The notes below the pieces were generated by a model. It was not told the origin of the DNA and ran no database searches. It saw nothing but the letters and a program-made list of their open reading frames with translations. Positions 50,372 to 60,647 of a stretch of 64,000 nt of DNA are shown here, one piece after another (position 1 is the stretch's first letter; each line of letters starts with the position of its first letter). Source of the DNA: an uncultured Chlamydiae bacterium (lineage in GTDB: Bacteria; Chlamydiota; Chlamydiia; Chlamydiales; JAJFMA01); the NCBI GenBank assembly GCA_963713615.1, contig CAVQMM010000001.1:3168001-3232000 (forward strand), written 5' to 3'. The position numbers were made by a program, and so were the translations under genes.

Positions 50372-51216
50372 TATCCCCATGCATTGCGGGCTTTCTAACC
50401 CCACAAGAGGTATCGGCCCTTCCTAGCAAGCCTGCGGACCACCGTCTGTTCTACGGCAATGAGGCTGCGCAGTTTGGCGAGTTACGCTTACCAAGTGGTC
50501 CTGGGCCACACCCGGTGGCTATTGTTATTCATGGAGGGTGTTGGATATCCAAATTTGCTGGTCTTGAAAATACCGCAGCATTGGCGGATGCCCTGCGAGA
50601 TCTTGGTGTTGCCACTTGGAACATTGAATATCGACGCGCCGACGAAAAAGGCGGCGGTTGGCCAGGAACATTTCTCGATGTGGCCCATGCTGCCGATTAT
50701 CTAAAAAAAATCGCGCATAGCCATTGTCTAGACCTTAACCGCGTCATTGCGATGGGGCATTCAGCGGGTGGACACTTGGCTCTGTGGCTTGGGGCTCGTC
50801 ACAGACTTTCGCCCAAGAGTGAGCTATTCCTATCTCATCCCCTACAGTTTCAAGGCATCATTTCGTTAGGTGGTGTGCCCGACCTCAGAGCTTTTCGACA
50901 AAAAACATACGATATTTGTGGTGAAGACATCATTGGACGTTTAACGAACGAACACTTCCAGGACACATCACCGATCGAGTTATTGCCTCTGTGTATTCCG
51001 CAAATCTTGATCTATGGTGCACAGGACCAAGTGGTACCTACCGAACTTGGGCGTGCCTATGTGCGAGCAGCACAACAAGCTGGCGATGATTCCGTAGAAC
51101 TCATTGAAGTCCACAATGCTGCGCACCACGAATACAATGCACCTAGTTCTTCGACTTGGCCAACCATTAGGTCAGCTGTTTTTGCGCTGTTTGAGGGGTG
51201 TTTATCTAGTCCTTAA
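50317..51216 (+). CDS. Alpha/beta hydrolase (esterase/lipase)
   Basis: IHGGCW, WNIEYRR, GHSAGG, GAQDQVV. Confidence 0.9.
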   Translation: MRSILSIMSILSMVSILSISPCIAGFLTPQEVSALPSKPADHRLFYGNEAAQFGELRLPSGPGPHPVAIVIHGGCWISKFAGLENTAALADALRDLGVATWNIEYRRADEKGGGWPGTFLDVAHAADYLKKIAHSHCLDLNRVIAMGHSAGGHLALWLGARHRLSPKSELFLSHPLQFQGIISLGGVPDLRAFRQKTYDICGEDIIGRLTNEHFQDTSPIELLPLCIPQILIYGAQDQVVPTELGRAYVRAAQQAGDDSVELIEVHNAAHHEYNAPSSSTWPTIRSAVFALFEGCLSSP

Positions 51217-51523
51217 AAAGCCCCTCAAAGCCCTTTTCTTTGGGTTTTTCTTCGCTGCCAAAGAGACGTTTTTCGATGTCAGTGGCTTTTGGAGTATCCT
51301 TAGGTCCTGTGCCTAGCACAGAAAACTCCTCACAGAGATTAAACTTTTCACGATCCGCTACGAAGTCGGTGCCAGGAACAGCACAGTCGTTAGGTTTGCC
51401 GGGGCTGTAATGTTTACAGTTTTTGCACACATGCAGCCAGGCGTGACAGCTATCACAAGTTGCTTTGAACGAAATCTTCTTTCCGACATCTGTCAGTTCG
51501 CCCCCACAGCTCCAGCAATTCAT
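51206..51523 (-). CDS. Small Cys-rich (zinc-ribbon-like) conserved hypothetical protein
   Basis: CWSC, CDSC, CKNC, C...NLCEEF. Confidence 0.7.
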   Translation of the reverse strand: MNCWSCGGELTDVGKKISFKATCDSCHAWLHVCKNCKHYSPGKPNDCAVPGTDFVADREKFNLCEEFSVLGTGPKDTPKATDIEKRLFGSEEKPKEKGFEGLFKD

Positions 51524-51527
51524 GATG

Positions 51528-54068
51528 TTAGCTCGCAGACTCTTTTTCGGTCTTGGATCCATCCGGCGCAAAAGTCTGTTTACTTCCAGGCTTTAACTCA
51601 TCGTCAACAAACACTTGCTGAACCTTTGGTGTGCCATCATCGTAGTATTTGTTGAAGGGGCCATGGCGCTTATCGTTGCGATATGTTCCTTCAAAGGTGA
51701 GGATGCCATCAGCATTCCAGGTTCGGCTAGGGCCATTCAATTGGCCTTTGCTATATGTCGCTATAGCTGCTAGCCTACCATCTTCGTAATAGGTCTTTTC
51801 TTCCCCTTCTTTGACATCAAGGGCGTAGGTAACCTCACGCCGTAGTACTCCTGAAGGGAAGTATTCAAAAGAGGGGCCTTCGCGTTGACCTGCTACAAAA
51901 GTGGCCACAAGAACAGTGGCTCCTGATGGATTAAAAACGGCCGCTGCGCCATCCTTAAGTCCATTACGATAGAACGTACTTCCGACCTTGTTGCCTTCAC
52001 GGTCGTAGGCTCGGACTTCACCTTCGTACTGACCCGCACTGTAGTTAGCTTCTAGAGCTTTTATGCGTTCTCCTTTTTCATTGGGAGGAAAGAATAGCTG
52101 ATAGGGACCCTCAAGCCTATTATCGACATAGGATGCGATGATGACTTCACCAGATCCTTTTTTCTCGAAATGGCGTCCTTGCACGAGGCCATTTTCGTAG
52201 TCGGTCTGTTGGAGGAGTTCTCCATCGCGAGCCCAGAGTTCTTTAATGCCATGGGAAATGCCCTGGCGGTACCTCATGATGGATTGCTTGGTTCCATCAA
52301 AATAGAAAGTCAATTGATCCCCATCAAAAGCATTCTCGCGATAGCTCAGTTGCCGAGAGATCTGAGGTTTTTCCTGTGTAGGTAGGAGCGGGTAGTATTC
52401 CAACCATGGTCCCGAGGCAGCCCCTTTTGCGTATAGACCTTCGGTTTTAAGTGATCCTTCCGGATACCACTCGCGCCAAGGCCCCTCCAAGAGGCCATTG
52501 ACGTAGGTAACACTGCGTTGTAGCTGGCCGTTGGGGTAATAAAGCTCTTCTTTATTCGATGGCTTACCTTCTACGAAGCTAGCCTTGCGCTTGAGCTGTC
52601 CAGAGGGATACCACTCCTCCCAAGATCCATCAGGAATGCCACTGATGTAGTGGGCAGACAGGACTAATGTGCCATCTTCATCCCACTCGCGACGCTCGCC
52701 TTCTTCAAGCCCTTCTGAATAACTCGCGCGGCTCTTTTGGTGGCCATCACCAAACCAAAGCTGTACCATTCCATCTCGAGCGCCATTGCGCGAGGGTATA
52801 GAAGCAACTAGCACTCCACTGCTATTCCACTCTTCATAAAGGCCATGCCGCATTCCTAGTTGGTAACTAGCTCGTTTTTTGAGGCTACCATTAGCGTAAA
52901 AGTCCTCTTGTGGACCCTCAAATTCGCCTTTGGAATAGTGATAGCGATGTTTTAACTGTCCATCCGGATAGTACTGTAAGTATTCTCCGGTTAATGCTCC
53001 GTTAGCTAGGCGGTATTGCGTCATCTTGGTGCCGTTGGGATACCACTCCACGATAGGCTGTAGGAGATGTCCTTGACGGTCGTAACGCGCTAAATAGATG
53101 GTGGCACCCGTCTCAGCATCTTTGCGGTAATGCTCGCCAACAGGAACGCCTTGAAGGTATTCTCCTTGCCCTAGCAATGTGCCATCGGCACCAAAGAAGG
53201 ATTCCTTACCTATCCGATCTCCATTCTTATAGTGTTGATGGTAGCTTTCTTGCCCACTGGCATAATACCGGACATGTGTGCCGCAGGGTTGTCCTCGGCG
53301 AAAAGCTTGGGTTTCGACGACGTGATGTTCTTCGTCGTATAGGGTCAAAGCAGGCGTAGTTCCATTATCCTGCAGCAGGCCGGCCTCGAAGAAACGGCGC
53401 AATTTGACCCCCTGTGACTCATACCATTCGAGAGCCTCCCCATTTGGTAGCCCATTGACATAGGTCATGGCGAGAGATTTTTGTCCCTTGGCGGAATAGC
53501 AGGTAAAGGGCCCGTCAAGCTTTCCAGCGCTGTAACGACCTTCTGAGACTACGAGTCCGTTAGGATGATAATCTTTGAATTCCCCATCTAAAAGACCGTT
53601 TGAGTAGGATGCCCTGGTCTGCGCCTGTCCACTTTGATAGTAGCATTGATAGGCCCCATGCAAAACACCTTCGTGATAGGCCACGATAGATGCCACGCTT
53701 CCATTGGGATAGTAGGTGACGGCATGTCCGTGAGGGATAACGGTTGTACCTAAAGCGACAGCGGATGGATGTTTGGCCCCTACCACGGTGAGATCTACTT
53801 CTTCGCGGACTGTACCGGCTTCATCAAAGGTGACTAGCTGAATGGGAGCGTTCCCACCGCCTTGTGCTAGCGGAGCGTAGAATAGAATGTTCCTAGGCTG
53901 TCCCCCAGAGTATGTCACTAGCGTCTTCGCTATCCAGTTAGGCTGACGCTTTTGGATAATACCGGGTGGCAGAAGATTGATGGTTAATGTCGAATCTGCC
54001 GCGGGTAACAAGGTAAACACAAAGCTACCTGCTACCAGCCAATAAGCTATTTTACGCAACATCGTCAA
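51528..54068 (-). CDS. Exported MORN-variant (YwqK-like) repeat protein
   Basis: Signal peptide followed by many Y..G..(D/H/E)G....YY.NG repeats. Confidence 0.88.
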   Translation of the reverse strand: MTMLRKIAYWLVAGSFVFTLLPAADSTLTINLLPPGIIQKRQPNWIAKTLVTYSGGQPRNILFYAPLAQGGGNAPIQLVTFDEAGTVREEVDLTVVGAKHPSAVALGTTVIPHGHAVTYYPNGSVASIVAYHEGVLHGAYQCYYQSGQAQTRASYSNGLLDGEFKDYHPNGLVVSEGRYSAGKLDGPFTCYSAKGQKSLAMTYVNGLPNGEALEWYESQGVKLRRFFEAGLLQDNGTTPALTLYDEEHHVVETQAFRRGQPCGTHVRYYASGQESYHQHYKNGDRIGKESFFGADGTLLGQGEYLQGVPVGEHYRKDAETGATIYLARYDRQGHLLQPIVEWYPNGTKMTQYRLANGALTGEYLQYYPDGQLKHRYHYSKGEFEGPQEDFYANGSLKKRASYQLGMRHGLYEEWNSSGVLVASIPSRNGARDGMVQLWFGDGHQKSRASYSEGLEEGERREWDEDGTLVLSAHYISGIPDGSWEEWYPSGQLKRKASFVEGKPSNKEELYYPNGQLQRSVTYVNGLLEGPWREWYPEGSLKTEGLYAKGAASGPWLEYYPLLPTQEKPQISRQLSYRENAFDGDQLTFYFDGTKQSIMRYRQGISHGIKELWARDGELLQQTDYENGLVQGRHFEKKGSGEVIIASYVDNRLEGPYQLFFPPNEKGERIKALEANYSAGQYEGEVRAYDREGNKVGSTFYRNGLKDGAAAVFNPSGATVLVATFVAGQREGPSFEYFPSGVLRREVTYALDVKEGEEKTYYEDGRLAAIATYSKGQLNGPSRTWNADGILTFEGTYRNDKRHGPFNKYYDDGTPKVQQVFVDDELKPGSKQTFAPDGSKTEKESAS

Positions 54069-54171
54069 AACCTGGTCTTAGAGAGTTAATGTTCATGTGA
54101 TTATGACTGATGCTGCACTTATTCTCAAGGAACGGCTCGTGTCGCTTTTTTTGGAGTAACACAAGCCCGAA

Positions 54172-55491
54172 TCAAGGAGGTAAGGCATACTCTACTTCAG
54201 CACGCTCTTCTGCTGATGGGTCTGAGAGTTTACGCACTTCGTTGTTACGCCATTTATCAACAGTCTTCTGCCACGCCATCACATCGTATGGGTTGTTAAA
54301 TGGTCTATACCACGAACTACTCTGGACTTTGATGCCAAGGCGATCGGTCAGGTTTCTCACAAACGTCGCGCAGTTTTCACCACCAATACTCAAAATCTGG
54401 TACTTTCCAGGTTTTTGCTGGTAGTCCCTGATATAGGCTAGGGTTTCGTCGAACTGCTCCTGCGTAATCTTAATGGGTGTCGTAACGATCTTGTCTGGGT
54501 CGCCTGCTATTTCCATTAAATCAGGACTGGTGGCGTGACCTTCTTCAGGTTTAAGGTGCTTTGCTGCCGATATCAAATCGCTTATGGGCGTATTACCCCA
54601 GTACCCAATGCTATAGAAATCGCCTTCAGGATTGACCAGCCTGATCCAATTATGCGGAGGAAAAGTGTCGATAGAGACCACTTCAAGAACATATTGATGA
54701 TGATACAGGTTAGGATCCACTTTTTTGAATGGGACTACCTCAGTGGATGGCTGCCCAGGCACTAATCCTTCAGAGGTATAGAAATAGTTAGTCAGTTTGC
54801 CTTTGGAATCAACCTTCACATTGTCTTTAATCTCAGACCACGGTTTCATCACCCCCATGACCATCAGCTCCGGCATGCCCTCAGAGTTTACTTCGACTTT
54901 TTGGTTGTGATAGGACAGGTGTTTATAGAGGTAATTCGCTTTCACGAAAGCTTCAAAGTCGGGGTGGTCTACCAAAACCTCAGGTTCTATGCCTAGGCGT
55001 GTTGCCAGCAATTCCCGCTGTAACCCCGCAAGCCAGGCTTGATTCTTGCCTATCGGTTCTAAATGTCGAAAAAATTTGTCCGTTGCTGAGACGAAACGTC
55101 GGTCATTAGGATCTGCTTTGACGAGTTTGTTAATCCATTGACCCAGTAATTCTTGTTCCTGAGCGTAGTCCGGCACCTTCTTCTCATAGACCTTGAAGTC
55201 GGACGGTGAATAGGTGTAGATCTTGCTGATGGTGAGGCCTTCAGCGTTCCCTTCACTATCCAGGTCTACCTTCATGATGTCATCGTTGGAACTCAAATTT
55301 TCAATCAAGGCAGCTTTGGCTTTGTCCGGCCCCTCATAGACTTTGGTCTGGCTTTTATCCCAGAAACCAACGGTCTCGACGCTTTTACCTCCGATCAGCC
55401 AACCCGTCCAATCTAGGGCTATCGTTGCCGTGGGATAAGAACAAATTAAAATAAAACTTAATGTTATTGTGGAAATTCTACGCTGCAACAT
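54172..55491 (-). CDS. Secreted hypothetical protein with a possible permuted papain-like C-terminal domain
   Basis: Signal peptide; HNWIRL ... YQIL....ENCATF. Confidence 0.6.
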   Translation of the reverse strand: MLQRRISTITLSFILICSYPTATIALDWTGWLIGGKSVETVGFWDKSQTKVYEGPDKAKAALIENLSSNDDIMKVDLDSEGNAEGLTISKIYTYSPSDFKVYEKKVPDYAQEQELLGQWINKLVKADPNDRRFVSATDKFFRHLEPIGKNQAWLAGLQRELLATRLGIEPEVLVDHPDFEAFVKANYLYKHLSYHNQKVEVNSEGMPELMVMGVMKPWSEIKDNVKVDSKGKLTNYFYTSEGLVPGQPSTEVVPFKKVDPNLYHHQYVLEVVSIDTFPPHNWIRLVNPEGDFYSIGYWGNTPISDLISAAKHLKPEEGHATSPDLMEIAGDPDKIVTTPIKITQEQFDETLAYIRDYQQKPGKYQILSIGGENCATFVRNLTDRLGIKVQSSSWYRPFNNPYDVMAWQKTVDKWRNNEVRKLSDPSAEERAEVEYALPP

Positions 55492-55577
55492 AGTAGACCT
55501 CCCCTTTAAATTAACCCCATTATAAGCTAATTTAATATTTTTGTGGGAAATCATAAGAGGGGCAACGTTTAGCATTT

Positions 55578-56747
55578 TTATGCTAGAACAGCTTCGGGTT
55601 CGGGCTGGTCCTGGGGCAAGCGAATTGCTATCCCTAACCCGACAACATTTAACAAGCCCATCACCATGAGGGTCTGAACTGGAGCATATTCAGGAGGGAA
55701 CAGCTTAGTAAGAATACCGCTGGCGGGAGCCAGGCTCTCTGCGACACACCAGACCATTCCCATGGCGAAGGCGCTAATCAGGCCGGGCTGACCAGGCAGC
55801 AAGCGATGTCCTAGAGCGAGACCTAGCGGAGCTACGGTATTAAAAGCAGCACCAAGTGCAGCTAATAGGATTAACATCAGCCATGGACTGGTGATTCCGA
55901 GTCCGAGCCAAAGGAAGAAGAAGAGTAAGCTGGCTGCCATCGAGACAACGATAACCGTTTTGGATGAATAAGCATCAGCCAGAAGTCCCGCCGGGACTAG
56001 CATAAGAGCTCCACCCATAATGAAAGCGAGGTGTCCTCCACCAAAGCTTATCCAGTCTTCACATCCCATGGCATGTAGCACATCTGGCAATAGGAAAATG
56101 GTGGCCCAATAGAGACCTTGGTTACACACCAATACCCAATAGAGGCAGCGTAGATCAGCCCGTTTGAATAGTTTTAGAACGGCAGAAAAGCTAGTTTTTG
56201 TAGCTCCACTTTTATCGCGCAATTGACCCGGTAGGAAGTAGCATGCCGGGATCAATAACAACATAGGGATGGTGAGGACGGCAGTATTGCCATCCAGATG
56301 CTGGTAAGTATGGTAGAAACAGATCTGACTAATGGCTAATCCTAACGCGCCACCAGAGGCAAAAATCGTAAAGAAGAGGCCTCGGCGCGTGCGTGTCAGT
56401 GTTCCAACCAATCCCGCAGCAGAAGGATGAAAAGCACCGGAACCCAAGAATGTCGCTAATAAGAGCAGGAACAAAACAAGGTAGTCATCAGTATAAGACA
56501 TTAAGCTGCTGGCACAGACAAAGACCAATCCAAAAATAATAATGCGCTTGCGATGCCCAGAATCACTCATCGATCCAAAAAAAGCCTGGCTGCCCTCGCC
56601 AATCAAGGCGGCGATCACCCCAATGATACCTGCCTTTGCTAAGTCCAGACCTGCCATCGTCTTATAGACGGCGAAGATGCCTATCTGGAAGTCTACAAAA
56701 AAATGGGCTGCCCAGAGAGCTAGTAGCGTCAAGATGCTCTTATGCAT
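55578..56747 (-). CDS. MFS transporter (Fsr-like)
   Basis: AHFFVD, GSMSD, GSGAFHP; about 12 TM helices. Confidence 0.88.
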   Translation of the reverse strand: MHKSILTLLALWAAHFFVDFQIGIFAVYKTMAGLDLAKAGIIGVIAALIGEGSQAFFGSMSDSGHRKRIIIFGLVFVCASSLMSYTDDYLVLFLLLLATFLGSGAFHPSAAGLVGTLTRTRRGLFFTIFASGGALGLAISQICFYHTYQHLDGNTAVLTIPMLLLIPACYFLPGQLRDKSGATKTSFSAVLKLFKRADLRCLYWVLVCNQGLYWATIFLLPDVLHAMGCEDWISFGGGHLAFIMGGALMLVPAGLLADAYSSKTVIVVSMAASLLFFFLWLGLGITSPWLMLILLAALGAAFNTVAPLGLALGHRLLPGQPGLISAFAMGMVWCVAESLAPASGILTKLFPPEYAPVQTLMVMGLLNVVGLGIAIRLPQDQPEPEAVLA

Positions 56748-56933
56748 GATTATATTCCTGTTTTTTAGGTACTATAATGATATCACGAAACAAGCGATTA
56801 TGTAAATAAAAATAATTTTATATAGTTCGAAATTAAAATAAGGTTGAGTGATATGGTTAGTATTTGTAAACCCTAAGGCATAACTTCTCTGCTCTCATCC
56901 TACTTGCCTCCTAACGGCACACTCGCTAGAATG

Positions 56934-57093
56934 GGCCTTATTCACCTTTGCGGTCAGTTTTCGGTCGACTGCAAAAGGATCGTCTGTCGCGTTTTGCTCC
57001 TCGGACATAGCTGGCGCTATGCCCTCGTCACAAACCACGACATCCGACCTTTTTCGTCCGACCGAAATTCTGACCGTAAAGGTGAACAAGGCC
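56934..57093. mobile_element. Diverged 160-bp MITE with 8-bp TSD CTAGAATG
   Basis: GGCC termini, same length and central ATAGCTGGCGCTAT hairpin; TSD at 56926-56933 and 57094-57101. Confidence 0.85.
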
Positions 57094-57136
57094 CTAGAAT
57101 GCAGCTATGATTACAAAATTGTGGGAGGCAGTTGCG

Positions 57137-58354
57137 ATGAGTACTTTTGGAAACGCTCAAATTCAGCTTAAAAAGGCTGCCGATAAGCTCGGCATTGCGG
57201 AGAATGTACTTGTTGGTCTCCTGAAACCGGAGTCGGTTGAGAGTGTGTCGTTCCAAGTTCAGATGGATGATGGAACCAGCAAAACTCTGCACGGCTTTCG
57301 TGTACGCCATAACACAAATCGCGGGCCTGGAAAGGGTGGAATTCGTTTTCATCCTCAGGTTGATGTTGATGAAGTGATGGCCCTAGCTAATTGGATGACC
57401 TGGAAATGCGCCGTTCTCGATGTTCCCTTTGGCGGTGGTAAGGGCGGCGTTATCGTCGATCCAAAAAAACTTAGTAAAGCGGAATTGAAGCGTGTTTCCG
57501 AAGGCTTTATGACCGCCATCGCCTCTTTCGTGGGACCAGAAAAGGACATTCCTGCTCCTGACGTTGGCACCACTGCAGAGATCATGGAATGGATGCTTGA
57601 TGCTTACAACAAGGCTGTCGGGGGCGAACATCCAGGTGTGATCACCGGTAAGCCCCTGAATCGTGGCGGTTCCGTAGGGCGCGACGACGCCACAGCTCGC
57701 GGTGGCTTCTATGTCTTGCAGCAGGTTGCTAAAGACCTCCCTCTTCCTAAGGGCGCAACCATCGCCATCCAAGGATTTGGTAATGCGGGTCAGCATATGG
57801 CCAAACTGTGCAGCGACGCTGGCTATCGCATTGTTGCTGTGACCGATTCCAGTGGGGGAGTCTCCAACCCTGAGGGGCTTGACGTCGCCAAACTTCTAGA
57901 ATACAAAAAAAATACGGGTCATGTGCATGGATTTCCAGGGAAAGCCACTGTTAACGAGGCCTTGCTAGAGCTTCCTGTGGATATCTTGGTTCCTGCGGCT
58001 CTTGAGAACCAGATCACCGCTATCAATGCCGACAGAATAAAAGCGAAGGTCGTTCTAGAGCTCGCTAACGGTCCCACAACCCCTGAAGCAGATGAAATTC
58101 TCTTCAAAAAAGGCATTCTTGTGCTGCCAGATATTCTTGCCAATGCCGGTGGCGTAACAGTCAGCTTCTTCGAGTGGTACCAAAACCAAAATGATGAGCA
58201 TTGGACATTGGAACAAGTGCACAAGAAGCTCTTTGATAAGATGACAGCAGCTGCTAAAGCGGTCTTTGATACAGCCAAAAAATCTAAGGTGGATTTGCGC
58301 ACCGCCGCCCTGATGGTAGCGCTACAAAGAGTCATCGCTGCTAAGGCAAAATAG
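57137..58354 (+). CDS. gdhA: Glu/Leu/Phe/Val dehydrogenase (glutamate dehydrogenase)
   Basis: GPGKGGIRF, GGGKGG, DIPAPD, QGFGNAG, ELANGP, NAGGVTVS; GGAGG RBS. Confidence 0.92.
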   Translation: MSTFGNAQIQLKKAADKLGIAENVLVGLLKPESVESVSFQVQMDDGTSKTLHGFRVRHNTNRGPGKGGIRFHPQVDVDEVMALANWMTWKCAVLDVPFGGGKGGVIVDPKKLSKAELKRVSEGFMTAIASFVGPEKDIPAPDVGTTAEIMEWMLDAYNKAVGGEHPGVITGKPLNRGGSVGRDDATARGGFYVLQQVAKDLPLPKGATIAIQGFGNAGQHMAKLCSDAGYRIVAVTDSSGGVSNPEGLDVAKLLEYKKNTGHVHGFPGKATVNEALLELPVDILVPAALENQITAINADRIKAKVVLELANGPTTPEADEILFKKGILVLPDILANAGGVTVSFFEWYQNQNDEHWTLEQVHKKLFDKMTAAAKAVFDTAKKSKVDLRTAALMVALQRVIAAKAK

Positions 58355-58355
58355 C

Positions 58356-59267
58356 ATGGTTGGGCGGTACATCGATCGAGACGTCCTGAAGTCTGCATGT
58401 CCGGCCCATCCCATCACGCGCTTCGCACCGAGTCCAACCGGCTATCTTCACATGGGCCATGTGCTATCCATGGCGTATGTGTTCGGTGTTGCAGAGATCA
58501 TCGGCGCCAAAGTGATCCTGCGCATCGAAGATCACGATCGCCAGCGCTGCCGCAAAGAATATGAACAGGCTATCCTCGACGATATGGCTTGGTTGGGATT
58601 TGTTCCACATAACTGGTCGGACATCTCTCGTCAGAGTGGGCGTGCAGAGCGCTACCAAGAAATTATAGCGAATCTGTGGGAGCAACAGCTGGTCTACCGC
58701 TGTGCATGCAGTCGTAAGCAGATTCTGGCTACATCTACAGCGGCTCAAGAACTATTCTATCCAGGGCTCTGTCGCGGAAAATCCCTTGTAGAAGCCAAGG
58801 GATGTGGCATTCGCCTGAAAACTAGTGATCAGAGCTTTCAGTGGAACGACCTGCTTCTTGGAGCTCATCGTCAGATTCCTGCTCAGCAATGCGGAGATTT
58901 CTTGCTACAAGATCACCTAAAGAATTACACATACAATTTCGCGGTTGTGGTAGACGATATTGACCAAGGAGTCAATGTGGTGGTGCGTGGAGAGGACTTG
59001 CTGCACTGCACAGCGCGGCAGATGTTGTTATCGGAATTATTAGGTGGAGTTCAACCCATCACCTTCGCACATCACCCCTTGCTCATTGATCCGGATGGCA
59101 ACAAGCTTAGCAAACGCTTCTTGTCGGAAGGGGTTATTCAACGTCGGCTGCGCGGTGACTCAGCGGACGTTGTCTTGGGTGAAGCGCTTTGGCTGGCGGG
59201 ATTATTGTCCAAAAAACGGCCTATAAAAGCCCAGGATGTTCCAGACGTCCTTATGGGCAACAGATAG
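58356..59267 (+). CDS. gluQ: Glutamyl-Q tRNA(Asp) synthetase-like protein
   Basis: RFAPSPTGYLHMGH, LRIEDHD, CACSRK, VVRGEDL, KLSKR; no anticodon-binding domain. Confidence 0.88.
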   Translation: MVGRYIDRDVLKSACPAHPITRFAPSPTGYLHMGHVLSMAYVFGVAEIIGAKVILRIEDHDRQRCRKEYEQAILDDMAWLGFVPHNWSDISRQSGRAERYQEIIANLWEQQLVYRCACSRKQILATSTAAQELFYPGLCRGKSLVEAKGCGIRLKTSDQSFQWNDLLLGAHRQIPAQQCGDFLLQDHLKNYTYNFAVVVDDIDQGVNVVVRGEDLLHCTARQMLLSELLGGVQPITFAHHPLLIDPDGNKLSKRFLSEGVIQRRLRGDSADVVLGEALWLAGLLSKKRPIKAQDVPDVLMGNR

Positions 59268-59277
59268 AGGGGGCATC

Positions 59278-59490
59278 ATGCGCTGGTATCAATACCTAGG
59301 GTTCTCATCGTGGGGAGGCCTTGTTGAACTCCTGGTGGCCCTTTTTATGGGTGGTTTAGCTTTCTCATACGGTAACATCAACGTCTTTGAGCGATACTTC
59401 TATGCTTTCCTCGTTTTCGTCATGACTTGGTTGTTGGCATGGATGGTACGTTGGACCTGTGTCTGGATTGGGGAATCCCTGAAGAAATAA
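59278..59490 (+). CDS. Small two-TM membrane protein
   Basis: GAGGGG RBS, two hydrophobic segments, operon position. Confidence 0.6.
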   Translation: MRWYQYLGFSSWGGLVELLVALFMGGLAFSYGNINVFERYFYAFLVFVMTWLLAWMVRWTCVWIGESLKK

Positions 59491-59502
59491 GGAATAGGAT
59501 GT

Positions 59503-60510
59503 ATGAATCTTGTAGATCGCCTTCAAGACCTTCAGGGCGTTGACTATCCCTGTCAGTCACGTGTACATCGGTTGCCAAGTTTTGATACCGACACCTGTTC
59601 GTGTTATGTCAAACGCGATGATGAACTCGGCTTTGGCATTTCAGGGACTAAGGTGCGTAAGTACCGTTCGTTGCTGCCGTTTCTGCTAAAAGAGCGTTTT
59701 GATGAAGTCATCGTCATTGGTGGGGTGAATTCTAACAATGTCCTCGGTCTTGTGCAGCTCTTAATTGAAAACCGTATTGCTCCGCGGCTTTTTTTGCGTG
59801 GAGATCCCTCACGCCCTACTGTGGGCAATGGCTTTTTAACACGTATGCTTGTCAGCGAATCTGTCGTTCGGTGGTTGTCTCGTGAAGAATGGACTCATGT
59901 TGAAGAGTTAGCCCATCAGTATGCCCGGGAGCAGGAAACTTTAGGAAGGCGCGTCTTTGTGGTGCCAGAGGGAGCCTCCTGTGAGCAGTCTTTGGCAGGG
60001 TCTCTGACATTAGCATTGGACATTCAGCGTAACGAAGAGCAGGTAGCGCACCCTCTAGAGCATATTTTCATTGATGCTGGTACGGGATTGTCGGCTATTG
60101 GACTGCTGTTGGGATTGGCCTATACGAAGGCCTCTAACCACACGCATGTTCTCCTACTTGCCGATGACGAAGCAGCATTCTTGGAACGCCTTAAGTCCTT
60201 TCATGACCTATTTGAGAAGTCCATTGCTCAGCCCTGTCCGATGCCGCATCGATTTACACTTTATCATCCGGAGAATGCTCCTAGCTTTGGTTCCACTAAT
60301 GCACGCGTGTGGCAAGAAATACGTGATGTTGCGCGATGTGAGGGCTTCTTTCTGGACCCTATTTATTCCGCGAAGCTGTTTGTTGAGGCGCGTCGCATTC
60401 TGACACAGCAGCATCTTGTGGGACACTCTCTCTTGGTCCATGGGGGCGGTGCCCTTGCATTGGCTGGCTTTCAGGCGCAGCTGCAGTCACGTGGGGGCCT
60501 CAGCCCATAA
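59503..60510 (+). CDS. D-cysteine desulfhydrase / ACC deaminase family PLP enzyme
   Basis: VKRDD...SGTKVRK, SNN, PEG, GTG, LDPIYSAK. Confidence 0.85.
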   Translation: MNLVDRLQDLQGVDYPCQSRVHRLPSFDTDTCSCYVKRDDELGFGISGTKVRKYRSLLPFLLKERFDEVIVIGGVNSNNVLGLVQLLIENRIAPRLFLRGDPSRPTVGNGFLTRMLVSESVVRWLSREEWTHVEELAHQYAREQETLGRRVFVVPEGASCEQSLAGSLTLALDIQRNEEQVAHPLEHIFIDAGTGLSAIGLLLGLAYTKASNHTHVLLLADDEAAFLERLKSFHDLFEKSIAQPCPMPHRFTLYHPENAPSFGSTNARVWQEIRDVARCEGFFLDPIYSAKLFVEARRILTQQHLVGHSLLVHGGGALALAGFQAQLQSRGGLSP

Positions 60511-60514
60511 GGGA

Positions 60515-60640
60515 TTTTTTACCACAGAGGCCACCGAGACGCCGAGATAGGAGAGAGAGGAAGAAGGAGTAGCTTTTAATAAAAAAATATTCCTTCTTCC
60601 TCTCCTCTCTCGGCGTCTCGGTGACCTCTGTGGTAAAAAA
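60515..60640. repeat. Palindromic family C element
   Basis: TTTTTTACCACAGAGG...CCTCTGTGGTAAAAAA between convergent genes. Confidence 0.85.
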
Positions 60641-60647
60641 AAAAGCT

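Noticed and set aside
51528..54068. Toxin-antitoxin system (YwqK-like label)
   Set aside because: It is only a MORN-variant repeat protein with a signal peptide; no adjacent toxin.
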